A stretch of DNA of 62,582 bases, counting the filler. It is 7 parts of 7 records of this genome, joined end to end, with 100 filler letters (N's around TTAATTAATTAA, not from the genome) between each part and the next. Parts side by side here need not be neighbours in the genome. Positions count along the whole stretch, not along the records: positions 6,595 to 16,558 come from SRR31156797_11631; positions 16,659 to 28,247 come from SRR31156797_11638; 5 more parts are not named here. The stretch is one strand, 5' to 3'. The number at the start of each line of letters is the position of its first letter. The first letter of the stretch is position 1. A program made the position numbers and the translations under genes. The notes under the pieces were generated by a model. It saw only the letters and a program-made list of their open reading frames with translations. It searched no databases and was not told where the DNA came from. Below are positions 9,169 through 19,762 of this stretch, one piece after another.

Positions 9169-12100
9169 ATGACGATCCAAGATGACGAGACTTTGCAGAT
9201 GTATATAGAGGAGTCGGTCGAGCATCTGGCGGATATCGAATCCGATCTGCTGGCCATAGAAGAGGGCGGGGCCGATATCGACGAAGATATCGTCAACAAG
9301 GTCTATCGTGCTGCCCATTCCATCAAGGGAGGGGCCGGCTTCATGGGGTTGACGACGATCAAAGATTTAACCCATGAAATGGAAAATATTTTAGGCAAAA
9401 TCAGAAGCCGTGACATCGTACCCACGCCTGAAATTGTCAATATCCTTCTTCTCGCCGCAGACGCACTTAAAGCCTTAATGGACGACGTTCTTTCCAGCAA
9501 TGAAGTGGATATAGACCAACACATAAAATCCATGCGTAGGATTGCTGAAGACGATTACAAGGCTGTTGATTCTTCCGTAACCGAACAGGAGAGCACCCCT
9601 GAAAAAATGGCAGCGAGCATGTCCGAAACAACGGCACCCGTAGATGCCGAACCGATAGAGGAAACAGCAAACGTAACGATCACAACCGCGAACTCGGATA
9701 TTTCCATCGATGCGAATTCAAACGTCATTGAATCGTTGATGAAGGAAGGAAAATTTGTTTACCTCGTTCAGATTGATATTTTAAAGGATTTGGTCCATCA
9801 AGACAGATCGCCGGCAGTATTGGTCAATGAAATGGAGCAAACCGGGACACTGATCGCAAGCAGTATCCCCGCCACAACGCTAAAAGCAGAGGGCTTCGAA
9901 GAAAAAACAGCAGCGCCACCTTTCGTCGTTCTTTTTGCGTCCATTTTAAAACCTGAAGATATCAATGTTCTGTTTGATATTCCCAACCAACAAATCCACC
10001 GGGTTGCTGAAGATTTAACAACTCGCTGTATAGCTCCCGATCAGCCCGAACCTTCTAGTGTGGAGCCACCGAAACAAAAGAAAAATTCCAATGCACCGAT
10101 ACAACTACCGGATCAGGAAGAAAAATCTGCAAAGAGTGAAGTCTCAATGGGAAAAAAGGTCCTCACCCAACAGGAAAAGAAGCCTAAAAAAAGCGAAACG
10201 GAGACCAGTCTCCGCGTTCATGTGAGCCTGCTGGACCAGTTGATGACCCTCGCCGGGGAATTGGTTTTGGGCCGCAATCAACTGCTCCAATCCATGGGGT
10301 CGGAAGATCAAAGGGCAGCAGAGATCGCAGGACAGCGAATCGATTTGATCACTTCCGAATTGCAGGAAGCGATCATGCTGACCCGTATGCAGTCCATTGG
10401 AAATGTATTTAATAAATTTCCCCGCGTGGTTCGAGACCTCTCTCGATCGCTGGGAAAAAAGGTGGAATTAAACCTTGAAGGCAAAGATGTCGAGCTCGAT
10501 AAAACCATTATCGAAGCCATCGGGGATCCGCTGACACACCTGGTTCGCAACGCCGTGGATCATGGAATTGAAATGCCCGATACCCGGCGAAAGGCGAATA
10601 AGAACCCGACAGGAAAAATTTTCCTCAAAGCCTATCATGAGGCCGGTCAAGTAAACATCGAAATTTCTGACAATGGCAAAGGGCTTGACGGTCAGACGCT
10701 GACTCGCAAGGCCCTGGAAAAAGGTCTGATCACAGAGGATCAGGCAAAAGTCATGTCGGAAAAGGATAAAATCAATCTGATTTTTCTTCCCGGTTTCTCC
10801 ACCGCGGAAAAAGTAACGGACGTGTCGGGACGTGGCGTTGGCATGGACGTCGTAAAAACGAATCTGGATAAGCTTGGCGGCATTATCGATATCGATTCCG
10901 AACTCGGCAAAGGTTCCACCATACGAATCAAACTTCCGCTGACACTGGCCATTATCCCTTGTCAAGTGGTGGTCACCGGCGGGGAACGGTATGCCATCCC
11001 ACAGGTGAACCTGGAAGAACTGCTGCGCATTCCGGCTGATCAGGTGAAAGAACGGATTGAAAGAGTGGGCGATGCAGACGTGGTTCGTCTCCGCGGCAAT
11101 CTGTTGCCCTTGATCAAACTTTCCGAGGTAATTGACACAGAAACGTTTTTTGTCGATCCGGAAACCGGAGAAAAACAGTTGGATCGAAGAAAATCCCTGT
11201 CTGACAGAAGAGGCAAAAAAAGCCCATTGGTTACCGGTGAAAAGACCGAAGGAGCCGAAAATGAATGTGCTCCAGACGGAAGAAACTTAGTAAAGCGAAA
11301 AAAGGAAGATCGGCGCTTTCATGCTGACAGTGCACTAAATATCGTTGTCGTCACAACCGGAGCAATGAAGTACGGATTGGTTGTCGACGAGCTCAATGAT
11401 TCGGAAGAAATTGTCGTTAAGCCTTTGGGAAGAGACCTCAAAAGTTGCAAAGGATATGCGGGTGCCACCATCATGGGAGATGGCCGAGTTGCACTGATTC
11501 TTGACGTGGGCAATCTGGCCCAGATGGCCGGATTGGCCTCCATCGATGCATCGTCTCGAGCGACTGAAGTAGCAGCGGACAACGTTCAGAATCTTAGACA
11601 ACAAAAAGACCGCCAGTCTCTCCTTGTATTTCGCAGTGCCGAAAACGAACAATTTGCAGCACCACTGAACATGGTGGAGCGCATTGAAAAAATAAAGACG
11701 ACCGACATTGAACAGGTGGGCGGAAAAAGGGTCATGCGATATCGGGGAGGCAGCCTCCCACTGTTTTCCGTGAATGAAGTCGCCAACGTGGAGCCGATTG
11801 CCCAGGTAGAAGATTTACTGGTGATTGTCTTTACCGTTGCAGGAAGAGAGATCGGTCTTTTGGCAATAGGTCCGGTAGATGCGATAGAGTTCTCACTGGA
11901 AGTTGACGGCCAGACACTGAAACAATGCGGTATCATGGGATCGGCGATCATTGACGATCACACAACGCTGATGATCGATGTCTATGAAATGGTGCAGACA
12001 TTGAACCCGCATTGGTTCGAAACAATAGAAACGGTCACCGGAAACAATGGAGACGCCGCGAAAATCCTTTTTGCCGAAGACTCAAATTTTTTCCGTAGCC

Positions 12101-12429
12101 AGGTAAAAGGGTTTATAGAGGAGGAAGGGTACACGGTCTTTGAAGCTGAAGACGGGGCCGTTGCCTGGAATCTGCTGCAAGAGCATGCCGATGAAATTTC
12201 TCTGGTTGTGACTGACATCGAAATGCCCGAAATGGATGGTTTTGAATTAACCCGTCGCATCAAGACGAGCAACGCCTATTCCCACCTCCCTGTCATTGCT
12301 CTTACCACCCTGGCCGGTGAAGATGATATTGAAAAAGGGCGCCAGGCGGGAATCAGTGATTACCAAATCAAATTGGATCGTGAAAATTTGGTCAACAGCA
12401 TTTATGGGTTTTTATCCGGAAATCAATAG
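9169..12429 (+). CDS. cheA: Hybrid chemotaxis histidine kinase (Hpt, dimerisation, HATPase, two CheW domains, C-terminal receiver)
   Basis: RAAHSIKG, HLVRNAVDHG, SGRGVGMDVVK, and a terminal FAEDS...VTDIEMPEMDG receiver. Confidence 0.95.
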   Translation: MTIQDDETLQMYIEESVEHLADIESDLLAIEEGGADIDEDIVNKVYRAAHSIKGGAGFMGLTTIKDLTHEMENILGKIRSRDIVPTPEIVNILLLAADALKALMDDVLSSNEVDIDQHIKSMRRIAEDDYKAVDSSVTEQESTPEKMAASMSETTAPVDAEPIEETANVTITTANSDISIDANSNVIESLMKEGKFVYLVQIDILKDLVHQDRSPAVLVNEMEQTGTLIASSIPATTLKAEGFEEKTAAPPFVVLFASILKPEDINVLFDIPNQQIHRVAEDLTTRCIAPDQPEPSSVEPPKQKKNSNAPIQLPDQEEKSAKSEVSMGKKVLTQQEKKPKKSETETSLRVHVSLLDQLMTLAGELVLGRNQLLQSMGSEDQRAAEIAGQRIDLITSELQEAIMLTRMQSIGNVFNKFPRVVRDLSRSLGKKVELNLEGKDVELDKTIIEAIGDPLTHLVRNAVDHGIEMPDTRRKANKNPTGKIFLKAYHEAGQVNIEISDNGKGLDGQTLTRKALEKGLITEDQAKVMSEKDKINLIFLPGFSTAEKVTDVSGRGVGMDVVKTNLDKLGGIIDIDSELGKGSTIRIKLPLTLAIIPCQVVVTGGERYAIPQVNLEELLRIPADQVKERIERVGDADVVRLRGNLLPLIKLSEVIDTETFFVDPETGEKQLDRRKSLSDRRGKKSPLVTGEKTEGAENECAPDGRNLVKRKKEDRRFHADSALNIVVVTTGAMKYGLVVDELNDSEEIVVKPLGRDLKSCKGYAGATIMGDGRVALILDVGNLAQMAGLASIDASSRATEVAADNVQNLRQQKDRQSLLVFRSAENEQFAAPLNMVERIEKIKTTDIEQVGGKRVMRYRGGSLPLFSVNEVANVEPIAQVEDLLVIVFTVAGREIGLLAIGPVDAIEFSLEVDGQTLKQCGIMGSAIIDDHTTLMIDVYEMVQTLNPHWFETIETVTGNNGDAAKILFAEDSNFFRSQVKGFIEEEGYTVFEAEDGAVAWNLLQEHADEISLVVTDIEMPEMDGFELTRRIKTSNAYSHLPVIALTTLAGEDDIEKGRQAGISDYQIKLDRENLVNSIYGFLSGNQ

Positions 12430-12492
12430 TGCCGCCCATGGATGGTAAAGCAGCTTCTTTCGGGAAGATGAACGGTACACAAGGAGAGCAAA

Positions 12493-12927
12493 ATGACAAG
12501 TCAAACAGCCGAAATGGCAACTTTTTATCTGGGTGAAGCCATTTGCGGGATGGATATCCTCAAAGTCCAGGAAATTAACAAATTGATGGAGATGACCACA
12601 GTTCCTCAAGCGCCAGACTATGTGATGGGCATACTGAACTTACGGGGTCAGATTGTAACCATCATCGATTTAGGGAAAAAGCTTCATCTGGGAAAAACGG
12701 CAGTGAGCGATACGAGTCGAAACATCATCGTCAATGCCGCCGGTGAATATGTCGGCCTGCTCGTCAATCGAATCAGTGATGTGGTGGAAGTTAATTGGGA
12801 CAAGGTCGAACCACCTCCGGCAAATATCGGAGGCGTCCAAGGAAACTATTTTAAGGGCGTGTTTAAAACCAAAGATCGACTCATTGGTATTCTGGATGTT
12901 GAAAAAGTATTTGAGAACGTAAGTTAA
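12493..12927 (+). CDS. cheW: Chemotaxis adaptor protein
   Basis: VQEI...VPQAPDYVMGILNLRGQIVTIIDL. Confidence 0.95.
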   Translation: MTSQTAEMATFYLGEAICGMDILKVQEINKLMEMTTVPQAPDYVMGILNLRGQIVTIIDLGKKLHLGKTAVSDTSRNIIVNAAGEYVGLLVNRISDVVEVNWDKVEPPPANIGGVQGNYFKGVFKTKDRLIGILDVEKVFENVS

Positions 12928-12945
12928 AATGGAGATTGAAATTTC

Positions 12946-14061
12946 ATGCTAAACCGCAGACCGCTCCGTGTGATGGTGGTTGACGACACCGTCTTATACC
13001 GTAAAATCGTCAGCGACGCGCTGGCCAACATCTCGGATGTGGAAGTGGTTGGAGGCGCGCACAATGGCAAAGCCGCAGTCTCCAAGCTGGCATCTTTGCA
13101 ACCGGATCTTCTGACACTTGACATTGAAATGCCTGAAATGAGCGGTCTCCAGGTCCTCGAACACATCAGGCGGAATTCGCTGCCTACAGGTGCGATTATG
13201 CTCAGCACCCTCACCCAGGAGGGGGGTGCGATGACCATGAAAGCCCTGGAGTTGGGGGCTTTCGATTTCATCCCAAAACCCCAATCGGGAACGTTAGCTG
13301 AAAACCGAATGAAAATCGAGTCTTCCCTCACGCCGATGATTCGCGAATTTCACAAAAGGATTATTCGCATCGGCAGACGTGCCCCGCTTCAGCGGTCGAC
13401 CAACAGGGTCGCTGCCCCGGTGAACCGTCCAGCATCGGCAGCGAAAAAACACCCGCAGAAAACGCTTTCGATCAGATCCAAGTCTGAAATCGTCGCCATC
13501 GGAATTTCCACAGGTGGCCCGAATGCATTGGCAAAAATGCTGCCGATGATCCCTCGCGATATCGGCGTTCCGATCGTCATTGTTCAACACATGCCGCCCA
13601 TGTTCACCCAATCGCTTGCCAAAAGCCTTGGCATTAAATGTTCCATTCAAGTGAGGGAGGCGAAGCACGGTGAACCTCTTGTGCCCAACACGGCCTATAT
13701 AGCACCGGGTGGCAAACAGATGAAAATCGTCGCAGCGTCCGATGGTAAAAACAGAATCGTCAAGATCACCGACGACCCACCGGAAAACAGTTGTAAACCC
13801 AGCGTCGATTACCTTTTTCGATCCGTGGCCCAGCACTATTTGGGCAGAGCAACCGGTGTGATTATGACAGGAATGGGGTCGGATGGGAACCAAGGATTGA
13901 AACTCATGAAACAAAATGGTGCCACGATTATTGCCCAGGATGAGGCGACCTGTGTTGTCTATGGAATGCCGAAAGCACCGGTGGATAATGGTTTGGCGGA
14001 TGTGGTCCTTCCGCTAGACGGTATTGCTGATAAAATTGTACAAACCGTAAGAAGACCCTAA
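12946..14061 (+). CDS. cheB: Chemotaxis response regulator methylesterase
   Basis: Receiver domain plus GISTGGP, VQHMP, KPSVD and IMTGMGSDG. Confidence 0.95.
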   Translation: MLNRRPLRVMVVDDTVLYRKIVSDALANISDVEVVGGAHNGKAAVSKLASLQPDLLTLDIEMPEMSGLQVLEHIRRNSLPTGAIMLSTLTQEGGAMTMKALELGAFDFIPKPQSGTLAENRMKIESSLTPMIREFHKRIIRIGRRAPLQRSTNRVAAPVNRPASAAKKHPQKTLSIRSKSEIVAIGISTGGPNALAKMLPMIPRDIGVPIVIVQHMPPMFTQSLAKSLGIKCSIQVREAKHGEPLVPNTAYIAPGGKQMKIVAASDGKNRIVKITDDPPENSCKPSVDYLFRSVAQHYLGRATGVIMTGMGSDGNQGLKLMKQNGATIIAQDEATCVVYGMPKAPVDNGLADVVLPLDGIADKIVQTVRRP

Positions 14062-14111
14062 CATCTTTTAATTAGCCTGTATGCGCCCCCATTTTTGTTT
14101 CAGGAAAAATA

Positions 14112-14951
14112 ATGGTAAAAATAAATTCCGAAGAGATCAAACTTCTTTCCGCATATATTCATAAAGTATCGGGAATCAGCATCGATGCCTCAAAGGCATA
14201 TCTTCTTGAGACCCGTCTTGGAAAACTGCTGAAGGAAGAGAACTGCAGCGGCTATTCCGAATTTTACCGTAAAATCCAATTGGATAAACACAACCATTTG
14301 GAAAAAAAAGTCATCGATGCCATCACCACGAATGAAACGCTATTCTTCCGTGATACGAGCCCCTTTGAGTTGTTGAAACATAAACTTATCCCGGAACTCA
14401 TCGACAATCGTTCCAATACCGGAGCCACTTCCATGATCCCGGCTCTTAGAATCTGGAGCAGCGCTTGCTCAACCGGGCAGGAAATATACAGTATCGCCAT
14501 TGTCCTAAAAGAGCTTTTGGGAGAAAAGGCTGCCCAAAAAATAAAGCTCATGGGTACGGATCTATCCGATGCCGCCATCGCTCAGGCCAGTTCCGGCACT
14601 TACAATCAGTTCGAAATTGATCGGGGGCTTTCCCGGGAAAAACTTCAGCGATATTTCACACCGGCTGGCACGAAATGGAAGATTAAAGATGAAATTCGTG
14701 CCATGGCCACGTTCCAGCATAGAAACCTGATGAACCCGTTCACGGGTTTGGGAAAATTCGATATTATTTTTTGCAGAAACGTGGCCATCTATTTCACACC
14801 CGAAGTTCGGCAAAAGCTGTACTATAAAATTGCCGACAGCCTTCAGCCCGATGGATATCTGATTATCGGTTCGACAGAATCGTTAACCGGCGTGTGCCCA
14901 CGATTTATCCCGAAACGCCATTTGCGTTCGGTTTACTACCAATTGAATTAA
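14112..14951 (+). CDS. cheR: Chemotaxis protein-glutamate methyltransferase
   Basis: TTNETLFFRD, IWSSACSTGQE and FDIIFCRNV. Confidence 0.95.
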   Translation: MVKINSEEIKLLSAYIHKVSGISIDASKAYLLETRLGKLLKEENCSGYSEFYRKIQLDKHNHLEKKVIDAITTNETLFFRDTSPFELLKHKLIPELIDNRSNTGATSMIPALRIWSSACSTGQEIYSIAIVLKELLGEKAAQKIKLMGTDLSDAAIAQASSGTYNQFEIDRGLSREKLQRYFTPAGTKWKIKDEIRAMATFQHRNLMNPFTGLGKFDIIFCRNVAIYFTPEVRQKLYYKIADSLQPDGYLIIGSTESLTGVCPRFIPKRHLRSVYYQLN

Positions 14952-14963
14952 AACGAGTCTCTC

Positions 14964-16097
14964 ATGCACCTTTTCACCGACCTGATAAACACTTGTGTAC
15001 AGTTTTTCCATGGCGCCCCTTCCCTGTCTAAAAACCTGGTCTACGCTCTCTTGGCTCTGACGGCGGGCTACGCCCTTTGGGCAGTCAACAATCGCGTACT
15101 GAAAACCATCGAAAACAAGGTCGTGGGTTTAAGATTTCTCCAGGTACGCAGCGAGTTATTCGTCATCGCAAAAAAGGTGTCTTGCCTTCTGATCGTCTGG
15201 CTTGTGGGGGTCGTCTGGATTCGATTGTTCGGCCTGTCAATGATTGAAAAGGTATTTCACGCTCTCTTCATTGTGCTTTCTGCCTCACCGCTCAACACCT
15301 TTTTACAGGTTCTATTAGGATTATTGGAAAATCGGTTGGCCGAAAAAACCGAAACAAACATGGACAACATCATCATCGAACTGCTCAACAAATTTTCCGG
15401 AGCCATTGTCTATGCAACAGCGATCATAATGGGTCTGGATGTTATCGGTGTGAATGTGATGCCCTTTATTGCCGGAGCCGGCGTGATGGGGGTTGCCGTG
15501 GGTTTTGCCGCAAAAGACACCCTGTCCAATCTTATTGCGGGGATACTGCTCATCATCGACAGGCCTTTTGAAATCGGTGACCGCATCGAGGTCTGGAGTG
15601 CACCTGCCGGCAGTGCCTCATGGGGAGACGTAGTCGACATCGGACTCCGGGCCACACGTATCAAGACCACGGACAACATTGTGGTCATCATACCGAACAA
15701 TGAAATCATGACGCGGGATATTGTCAACTATACCATCCTCTCCACATCCATCCGCGTTCGTGTCAATATCGGCATCGCCTATGACGCGGACATTGACAAG
15801 GCCAAGGCACTCACGATTCAAGCGGCCGAATCGGCCGAATGGATCTTATCAGATCCGGCACCCAAAGTCGTTGTCAAAGATTTTGGGGAGTCTTCCGTTG
15901 ATCTTCAGCTTCGCGTGTGGATCAATGATGCGCGAAAACGAATGGATACGATTTCTTACATCACCGACACGGTAAAAAATCTTTTCGATAAAAACGGTAT
16001 CGAGATCCCCTTTCCCAGACGCGATATCACCATCGTCAGCCAGGACGGAGAGATGCTCCTTCCAAAGTCGAATCGCTTCGCCACATTGAAAAATTAA
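14964..16097 (+). CDS. mscS: Small-conductance mechanosensitive channel family protein
   Basis: GVAVGFAAKDTLSNLIAG, DRPFEIGD, IPN and IEIPFPRR. Confidence 0.9.
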   Translation: MHLFTDLINTCVQFFHGAPSLSKNLVYALLALTAGYALWAVNNRVLKTIENKVVGLRFLQVRSELFVIAKKVSCLLIVWLVGVVWIRLFGLSMIEKVFHALFIVLSASPLNTFLQVLLGLLENRLAEKTETNMDNIIIELLNKFSGAIVYATAIIMGLDVIGVNVMPFIAGAGVMGVAVGFAAKDTLSNLIAGILLIIDRPFEIGDRIEVWSAPAGSASWGDVVDIGLRATRIKTTDNIVVIIPNNEIMTRDIVNYTILSTSIRVRVNIGIAYDADIDKAKALTIQAAESAEWILSDPAPKVVVKDFGESSVDLQLRVWINDARKRMDTISYITDTVKNLFDKNGIEIPFPRRDITIVSQDGEMLLPKSNRFATLKN

Positions 16098-16224
16098 ATC
16101 CCTCCATCTTTTCTTGATTATTGTCTGAAATCAGGGTATATTCATCGGTTTGAATATAAACTTCTTATGAAGCCCCTATCCAATGAGCGGGGAGCCTCTG
16201 AGAATTCATTTGCTGGACAGTCTG

Positions 16225-16558
16225 ATGAGATTATCACTCAAAATCTTGGCCAATGCGCTGGACTTGCCGTTGACAACAGTGGAACGCTGGGTCCGACAGG
16301 GAAGAATACCCATTCAGCGCAGGGGCAATGATGCGGTTTTTTCGCGTGCAACCCTGAGCAGATGGGCATCCTCCCATCAATTGCCCTTTGATCTTGACCA
16401 TGAACCCATTGGCAACGCTACTTCTGAAACCTTCGACTCTCTGGTTTCCGTGATGCGACGGGGAAACGTCTTTCACGGGATAAAAGGATCCGATAAAAAA
16501 GAGGCTCTGCAATCAGCGGTCGCTTGCATCGATTTTCTCTCCCCGGCGAGCCAGACCG
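16225..16558 (+). CDS. Excisionase-type HTH fused to a PTS IIA (nitrogen-regulatory-like) domain, 3' partial
   Basis: LANALDLPLTTVERWVRQGRIP HTH, then the start of a IIA-like region (GSDKKEALQSAV). Confidence 0.7.
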
Positions 16559-16658
16559 NNNNNNNNNNNNNNNNNNNNNNNNNNNNNNNNNNNNNNNNNN
16601 NNTTAATTAATTAANNNNNNNNNNNNNNNNNNNNNNNNNNNNNNNNNNNNNNNNNNNN
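16559..16658. other. Artificial contig linker
   Basis: N-run with TTAATTAATTAA. Confidence 0.99.
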
Positions 16659-17971
16659 TGATCGGTCATGACAAGACCGAAATCGCCACCAAGAACGCGG
16701 TTCGCGCCTTGTGGATGAACAGCCTCGGCGGCGTTGCCCTGATGGCGTCGATCGTCTGGTTCTACACCGCACTGGGTACCTTCGACATTCAGAAGATCAT
16801 CGCCGCCAGCCCGGAAATGGCGATCATGATGGTGCCGCTGGCGCTGTTGTGCTTCGGCGCCTTCACCAAGGCCGCCCAGGTGCCGTTCCAAAGCTGGCTG
16901 TTGGGCGCCATGGTCGCGCCGACCCCGGTCTCCGCCATGCTGCACTCGTCGACCATGGTCAAGGCCGGCGTCTACGCGGTGGTTCGTTTCGCACCCGCCT
17001 TCACCGACACCTATCTCGGTTATGCGGTCGCCCTGGTCGGAGCGTTTACCTTCCTGGCGACGGCGGCCCTGGCGGTCGGTCAAAGCAACGGCAAGAAGAT
17101 CCTGGCCTATTCGACCATCAGCAATCTCGGCCTGATCGTCGCCTGTGCCGGCATCGGCACGCCGGCGGCGGCGGCGGCGGCGATGATGATCATCGTCTTC
17201 CACGCGGTTTCCAAGGGCCTGCTCTTCCTCTGCGTCGGCACCATCGAACAGCGCATCGGCAGCCGCGACATCGAAGATATGCGCGGTGTCTATGCGCAGA
17301 TGCCGGTAACGGCGTTAATCACGGTGATCGCGGTGATCACCATGATCCTGCCGCCCTTCGGCATGCTGCTCGGCAAATGGATGGCGATCGAATCGGCCGC
17401 CTCCGATCTGGCCCTGATCATCATGCTGGCGATCGGCAGCGCGTTGACGGTTCTGTACTGGGCCCGCTGGGCCGGCGGCGTCATGAGCGCCCCGTTCCAA
17501 GGTAAGGTCACGGTAGAGGACCAACCGGTCCTGACCCGCTGGCCGCTGCTCGGTCTGTGCATCGGTGCCGTCGTCGTCAGCTTCGGCGCCCCCTGGCTCT
17601 ATACCGAACTGGTTGCCCCGGCCCTTGCCGCCTTCGGCAGCTCGCCGTTCGAGATCAGCCAGGGCGTCTTCGGCAATCCGGCCGGTGCCTTCGCCGTCGT
17701 TCCGTTGTTCATCGTTGTCATCGTCGGCTTCTTCTTCGCCATCAAGGCGATGCGCAAGACCGAGGTCACGGCCGCCGCCGTTCCTTACTTCGGCGGTCTG
17801 CAGAACGAAGACGGTTCGGCCTATATCGGCCCGATGAACCAGGAAATCCCGGTCGAAGCCGGTCACTATTACATGTCTGCACTTTTCGGTGAGGAGAAGC
17901 TCTCGCGCTGGGTCAACGGCGCTGCGCTTGCCCTCCTGGCACTGATGTTCGTGATGGGAGGAATGCAGTGA
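16659..17971 (+). CDS. echA: Ech hydrogenase membrane subunit A (NuoL-like), 5' partial
   Basis: KAAQVPFQSWLLGAMVAPTPVSAMLHSSTMVKAG, LAYSTISNLG and FHAVSKGLLF; operon context. Confidence 0.9.
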
Positions 17972-18822
17972 CCAACACAATCATACTTGCCCTTTGTGGG
18001 CTGATCGTGGCGCCTCTTTTCGGCGGGCTTATCGGCGGCATCGACCGCAGGCTGACGGCACGGGTGCAGGGTCGCGTCGGCCCCCCGATCGTCCAGTCCT
18101 TCTACGACGTGGCGAAACTGTGGGGCAAAGTAACGACGGTTGCCAATCCCTGGCTGACCTTCTGCTCCTGGGTTTATCTCGGTGCCGCGGCGACGTCGGT
18201 CGTGCTCTTCTTCATGATGGGCGATTTGCTGTTGATCTTCTTCGTGCAGGCCATCGGCGCCGTCTTCCTGGTTATCGGCGCGCTTTCGGTACGCTCGCCC
18301 TACAGCCAGATCGGCGGCCAGCGTGAACTGCTTCAGATCCTGGCCTACGAGCCGCTTCTGATCCTGGTCATCGCCGGCATCTACGTCGCCACCGGCAGCT
18401 TCAAGGTCGAGGCTGTGGTCAACCACGACGTACCGCTTCTGCTCAACATGTGGCCGCTGTATATCGTTCTCGGTTACGCGTTGACCATCAAGCTGCGCAA
18501 GTCGCCGTTCGATATTTCGGGTTCGCACCACGCCCACCAGGAACTGGTCAAGGGTGTCTATACCGAATATACCGGCCGCAACCTGGCGCTGGTCGAAATC
18601 GCGCACTGGTTCGAAACCATCCTGATCCTCGGTTTCTGCGCGCTTTTCTGGGCCACCGACTGGGTCGGTCTGACCATCCTTCTGGTCGCGACCTATGCGC
18701 TCGAGATCATCATCGACAACATTTCAGCCCGCCTGACCTGGCGGTGGATGCTGGGCTCCGTCTGGATTGTCGGACTGGTCCTTTCCACGGCCAATCTCGC
18801 CTGGCTGTATTACATTGCTTAA
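17968..18822 (+). CDS. echB: Ech hydrogenase membrane subunit B (NuoH-like)
   Basis: DRRLTARVQGRVGPP and KSPFDISGSHHAHQELVKG. Confidence 0.92.
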   Translation: MTNTIILALCGLIVAPLFGGLIGGIDRRLTARVQGRVGPPIVQSFYDVAKLWGKVTTVANPWLTFCSWVYLGAAATSVVLFFMMGDLLLIFFVQAIGAVFLVIGALSVRSPYSQIGGQRELLQILAYEPLLILVIAGIYVATGSFKVEAVVNHDVPLLLNMWPLYIVLGYALTIKLRKSPFDISGSHHAHQELVKGVYTEYTGRNLALVEIAHWFETILILGFCALFWATDWVGLTILLVATYALEIIIDNISARLTWRWMLGSVWIVGLVLSTANLAWLYYIA

Positions 18823-18834
18823 GGGGTCGCCGTG

Positions 18835-19290
18835 ATGCTTGACGGATTCATCAAGAAGTCCCAACTCAAATCGCCCTGGCTGATCCATTTCGACTGTGGA
18901 AGCTGCAATGGCTGCGATATCGAGGTGCTGGCCTGCCTGACGCCGCTTTACGACATCGAGCGTTTCGGCATCATCAATGTCGGCAATCCCAAGCACGCCG
19001 ACGTGCTGCTGGTGACCGGCACCGTGAACCATCGCAACAAGAAGGTTCTCAAGAAAATCTACGACCAGATGCCCGAACCCAAGATCGTCGTGGCGTGCGG
19101 GGCGTGCGGCCTTTCCGGCGGCGTCTTCCGCGACAGCTTCAACGTCGTCGGCGGCGTCGACAAGGTCATTCCGGTCGATGTTTACGTGCCGGGATGCCCG
19201 TCCAAGCCCGAAGCCATCATCGATGGCGTCGTTACCGGGCTGGGGCTCTTGGCCGAACGGCAGAAAGCAGCCGAAAAGGCGGCCGCCTAG
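18835..19290 (+). CDS. echC: Ech hydrogenase small subunit
   Basis: CGSCNGCDIE, NPKHAD, GACG and VPGCP. Confidence 0.93.
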   Translation: MLDGFIKKSQLKSPWLIHFDCGSCNGCDIEVLACLTPLYDIERFGIINVGNPKHADVLLVTGTVNHRNKKVLKKIYDQMPEPKIVVACGACGLSGGVFRDSFNVVGGVDKVIPVDVYVPGCPSKPEAIIDGVVTGLGLLAERQKAAEKAAA

Positions 19291-19317
19291 GCCATTAGGG
19301 AACAAGGAACCCGACCG

Positions 19318-19707
19318 ATGGAAGACATGTTCATCCCCGTCACCCCGGACAAAATCGTCGCGGAAGTGACCAAGATCAAGGAAGAGGGTTATCGGCTGCT
19401 TACAATGACGGCCGTCGATCTGGATGAAGAGAACCTCGACCTCCTCTACCATTTCGACAAGGACCTGGAGGAACGGCACCTGCGCATGACCGTTTCCAAG
19501 AAGGATTCGGTGCCCAGCATCAGCGGGGTCTATTTCGCTGCGTTCCTGATCGAAAACGAAACCCAGGACCACTTCGGCACCAAGTTCGACGGGTTGGTCC
19601 TCGATTTCGGCGGCACCCTCTATTTGGATGAGGAAGTGATGCGTACGCCGTTCTGCAAATACGGTATCGTCCGCAAGGACGCCGAAGTGGAACCGGCCAC
19701 GGAATAA
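19318..19707 (+). CDS. echD: Ech hydrogenase subunit D (NuoC-like)
   Basis: LLYHFDK...VPSISGVYFAAFLIENE; operon position. Confidence 0.9.
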   Translation: MEDMFIPVTPDKIVAEVTKIKEEGYRLLTMTAVDLDEENLDLLYHFDKDLEERHLRMTVSKKDSVPSISGVYFAAFLIENETQDHFGTKFDGLVLDFGGTLYLDEEVMRTPFCKYGIVRKDAEVEPATE

Positions 19708-19762
19708 ACCGCGTAAAAGCGCGGGAGGAAACGCGCGAACTAGGGCGTTTAAAGGAAGCACC

